Part shown: piece after piece, positions 62,517-64,000 of the stretch
Numbering within the stretch: position 1 is the stretch's first letter
Layout: the number at the start of each line of letters is the position of its first letter
Origin: Harriotta raleighana
Lineage: Eukaryota
DNA: 64,000 nucleotides
Assembly (NCBI GenBank): GCA_050575255.1
Contig: JBNZDD010013730.1
Span: forward strand, 7,842,012-7,906,011
Direction of reading: 5' to 3'
Notes under the pieces: generated by a model
What the model was told of the DNA's origin: nothing
What the model saw: only the letters and a program-made list of their open reading frames with translations
Databases searched by the model: none
Position numbers and translations under genes: made by a program

Positions 62517-63885
62517 GTGTTTTGATGTGGATACAATGTAGACCCACAGTATAACGAAGTCTTAATACCTTCCGGCCTCCAATGTTAACTGGTTTCAAAC
62601 ACACAGTAGGTATGGAAGGCCTCCTGGCATCACTGATGGCTCCATCAATTACTGGAAATGCATGTGCTTACATTGTGAAGATTCACAAAGTGAGGCTCAC
62701 TGATGTCAGCATTGAAGATGTCCCAGATGTGCTGACTGGTAGCTGCGCTACAGTGTGACCCATTATAGAGTTTATTTATTGACCTCAACCACCATGATAA
62801 AACTCAGTCCAACTGGACATAATAGTTAAAATATTAAGACAGTCAATATCTGCACATGAGCCCTCCACTCTCACTACATACACATACACATACAAACTTA
62901 ATTCTGGTTGGATTGAGTCCACGAGCCATCACTAATGTACCTCATGTACTATAGCTGTAACATCAGTGATTGCAGAAAACTTCCAGTGGTTTTGGGCCAA
63001 ACCATTATGTTAAAGTCGTGTGGTCAAGTTAATAATTAAGTGAAGGTGGTCAGATCTTCACTTTATTATCCTCCGGTGTATACTTTTTGGTCATCCCCAA
63101 CTGCTGAAAGTGTATGAAAGTGTGTCTTACCAGAACACAGCCAATGTTGAAAACAATTAGCATAGACATCAGCTCAATTCCATTTCTTTGAAACTCTAAT
63201 CCTCAAGGATTACACAAACTGTGAGCTCATGCAACTTTGTTAGGATAATAAACCACGAAAGAACCATTGATTCTATTGATCAATTTTTTTATGCTTTTCC
63301 CCATAAATTCTAGATAAAACACGAAGCAGCAGGAATATAACTGTGCTTTATGTATACCATTATGTATACTACGAATGGGCCTTACAATTTCATAGAAATA
63401 CATGTTAGCAATGTTACCAAGCTGAAATGTATTGCTAAAAGATCAGGTGATGTACACTCCATTGTATTTTAAAGGTTAGATGTTATCTGGAAATGTGACC
63501 GAGGAGGGAGTGAAATGTAACGTTTATTTATGTTTTGTCCATCTTTGAGATAGTAGTAGGTAAATGGAAAAGAAGTCCCATAGGAAGAGTACAAACAACA
63601 GCCAAATGAAAACTAGGCCTGAATAGATATTTAGCTGAAATCATGAGAGAAGGAAAGCAGATCTTAAGAAAGTTGACGGAGAAAAGGCTTTGGAAATGCT
63701 ACGGTTACCGGGAAAAGCTCAACAAGGTTGTAAATGCATTCTTTGTTTCCATTAATACTTTATTCCCATTTGATTCTGTTTCCTGGGCCAAACTGTAATG
63801 AAAAGATGGTTTGGGTGATTTAGATCATGCAAGAGATCACAAGAAAAGTTTGACTCATTTGATCCAATCCTTTCAGAATATGCAA

Positions 63886-63942
63886 GAACAACAACAAAAT
63901 TACATTTGTATAGTGCCTTTCTCTCTCATCACAGCATCAAGC
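63886..63942 (-). mobile_element. Short SINE/L2 tail remnant
   Basis: aacaacaacaaaattacatttgtatagtgcctttc. Confidence 0.5.
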
Positions 63943-64000
63943 TGTTTGTGTTTTTAATGAATCCAGCATCCTTGTCTTAACCACATTTCCTGGTAACCTG

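Noticed and set aside
1-64000. Most ORFs in the six-frame track as protein-coding genes
   Set aside because: Short, many with non-ATG starts, low-complexity composition and no recognisable domains; the longer ones overlie L2/SINE relics or N-joined duplicates
1-64000. Known conserved miRNA, snRNA or rRNA genes
   Set aside because: No mature sequence I could recall matched beyond short seeds; an Infernal/Rfam scan would be needed to exclude them formally

Overview
AT-rich, CpG-depleted vertebrate genomic DNA that reads as intronic or intergenic. The repeat content points to a cartilaginous fish, most likely a holocephalan (chimaera or elephant-shark relative); this is inferred from recalled repeat families, not from a search. 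No protein-coding gene, RNA gene or CRISPR array can be identified. The ORF track is mostly chance ORFs, plus ORFs lying over L2 LINE and SINE relics. The window holds many copies of a young tRNA-headed SINE with an L2-type (ATT)n tail, present as long and short forms. It also holds older Deu-domain SINEs, L2 and CR1 3' fragments, an intact non-autonomous hAT element with a perfect 8-bp TSD, and a TA-flanked Tc1/mariner (Tigger/pogo-like) MITE. Ten loci show near-identical tandem copies joined by a single N, including one of 2 kb; these are best read as uncollapsed heterozygous alleles (assembly artefacts). I found no convincing novel biological system. The best leads are the composite SINE architecture, a nested palindrome-rich insertion, candidate conserved noncoding elements, a few orphan exon or recursive-splice-like motifs, and some hairpin and G4 structures. 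Repeat boundaries were set by eye and are approximate unless a TSD or N defines them.
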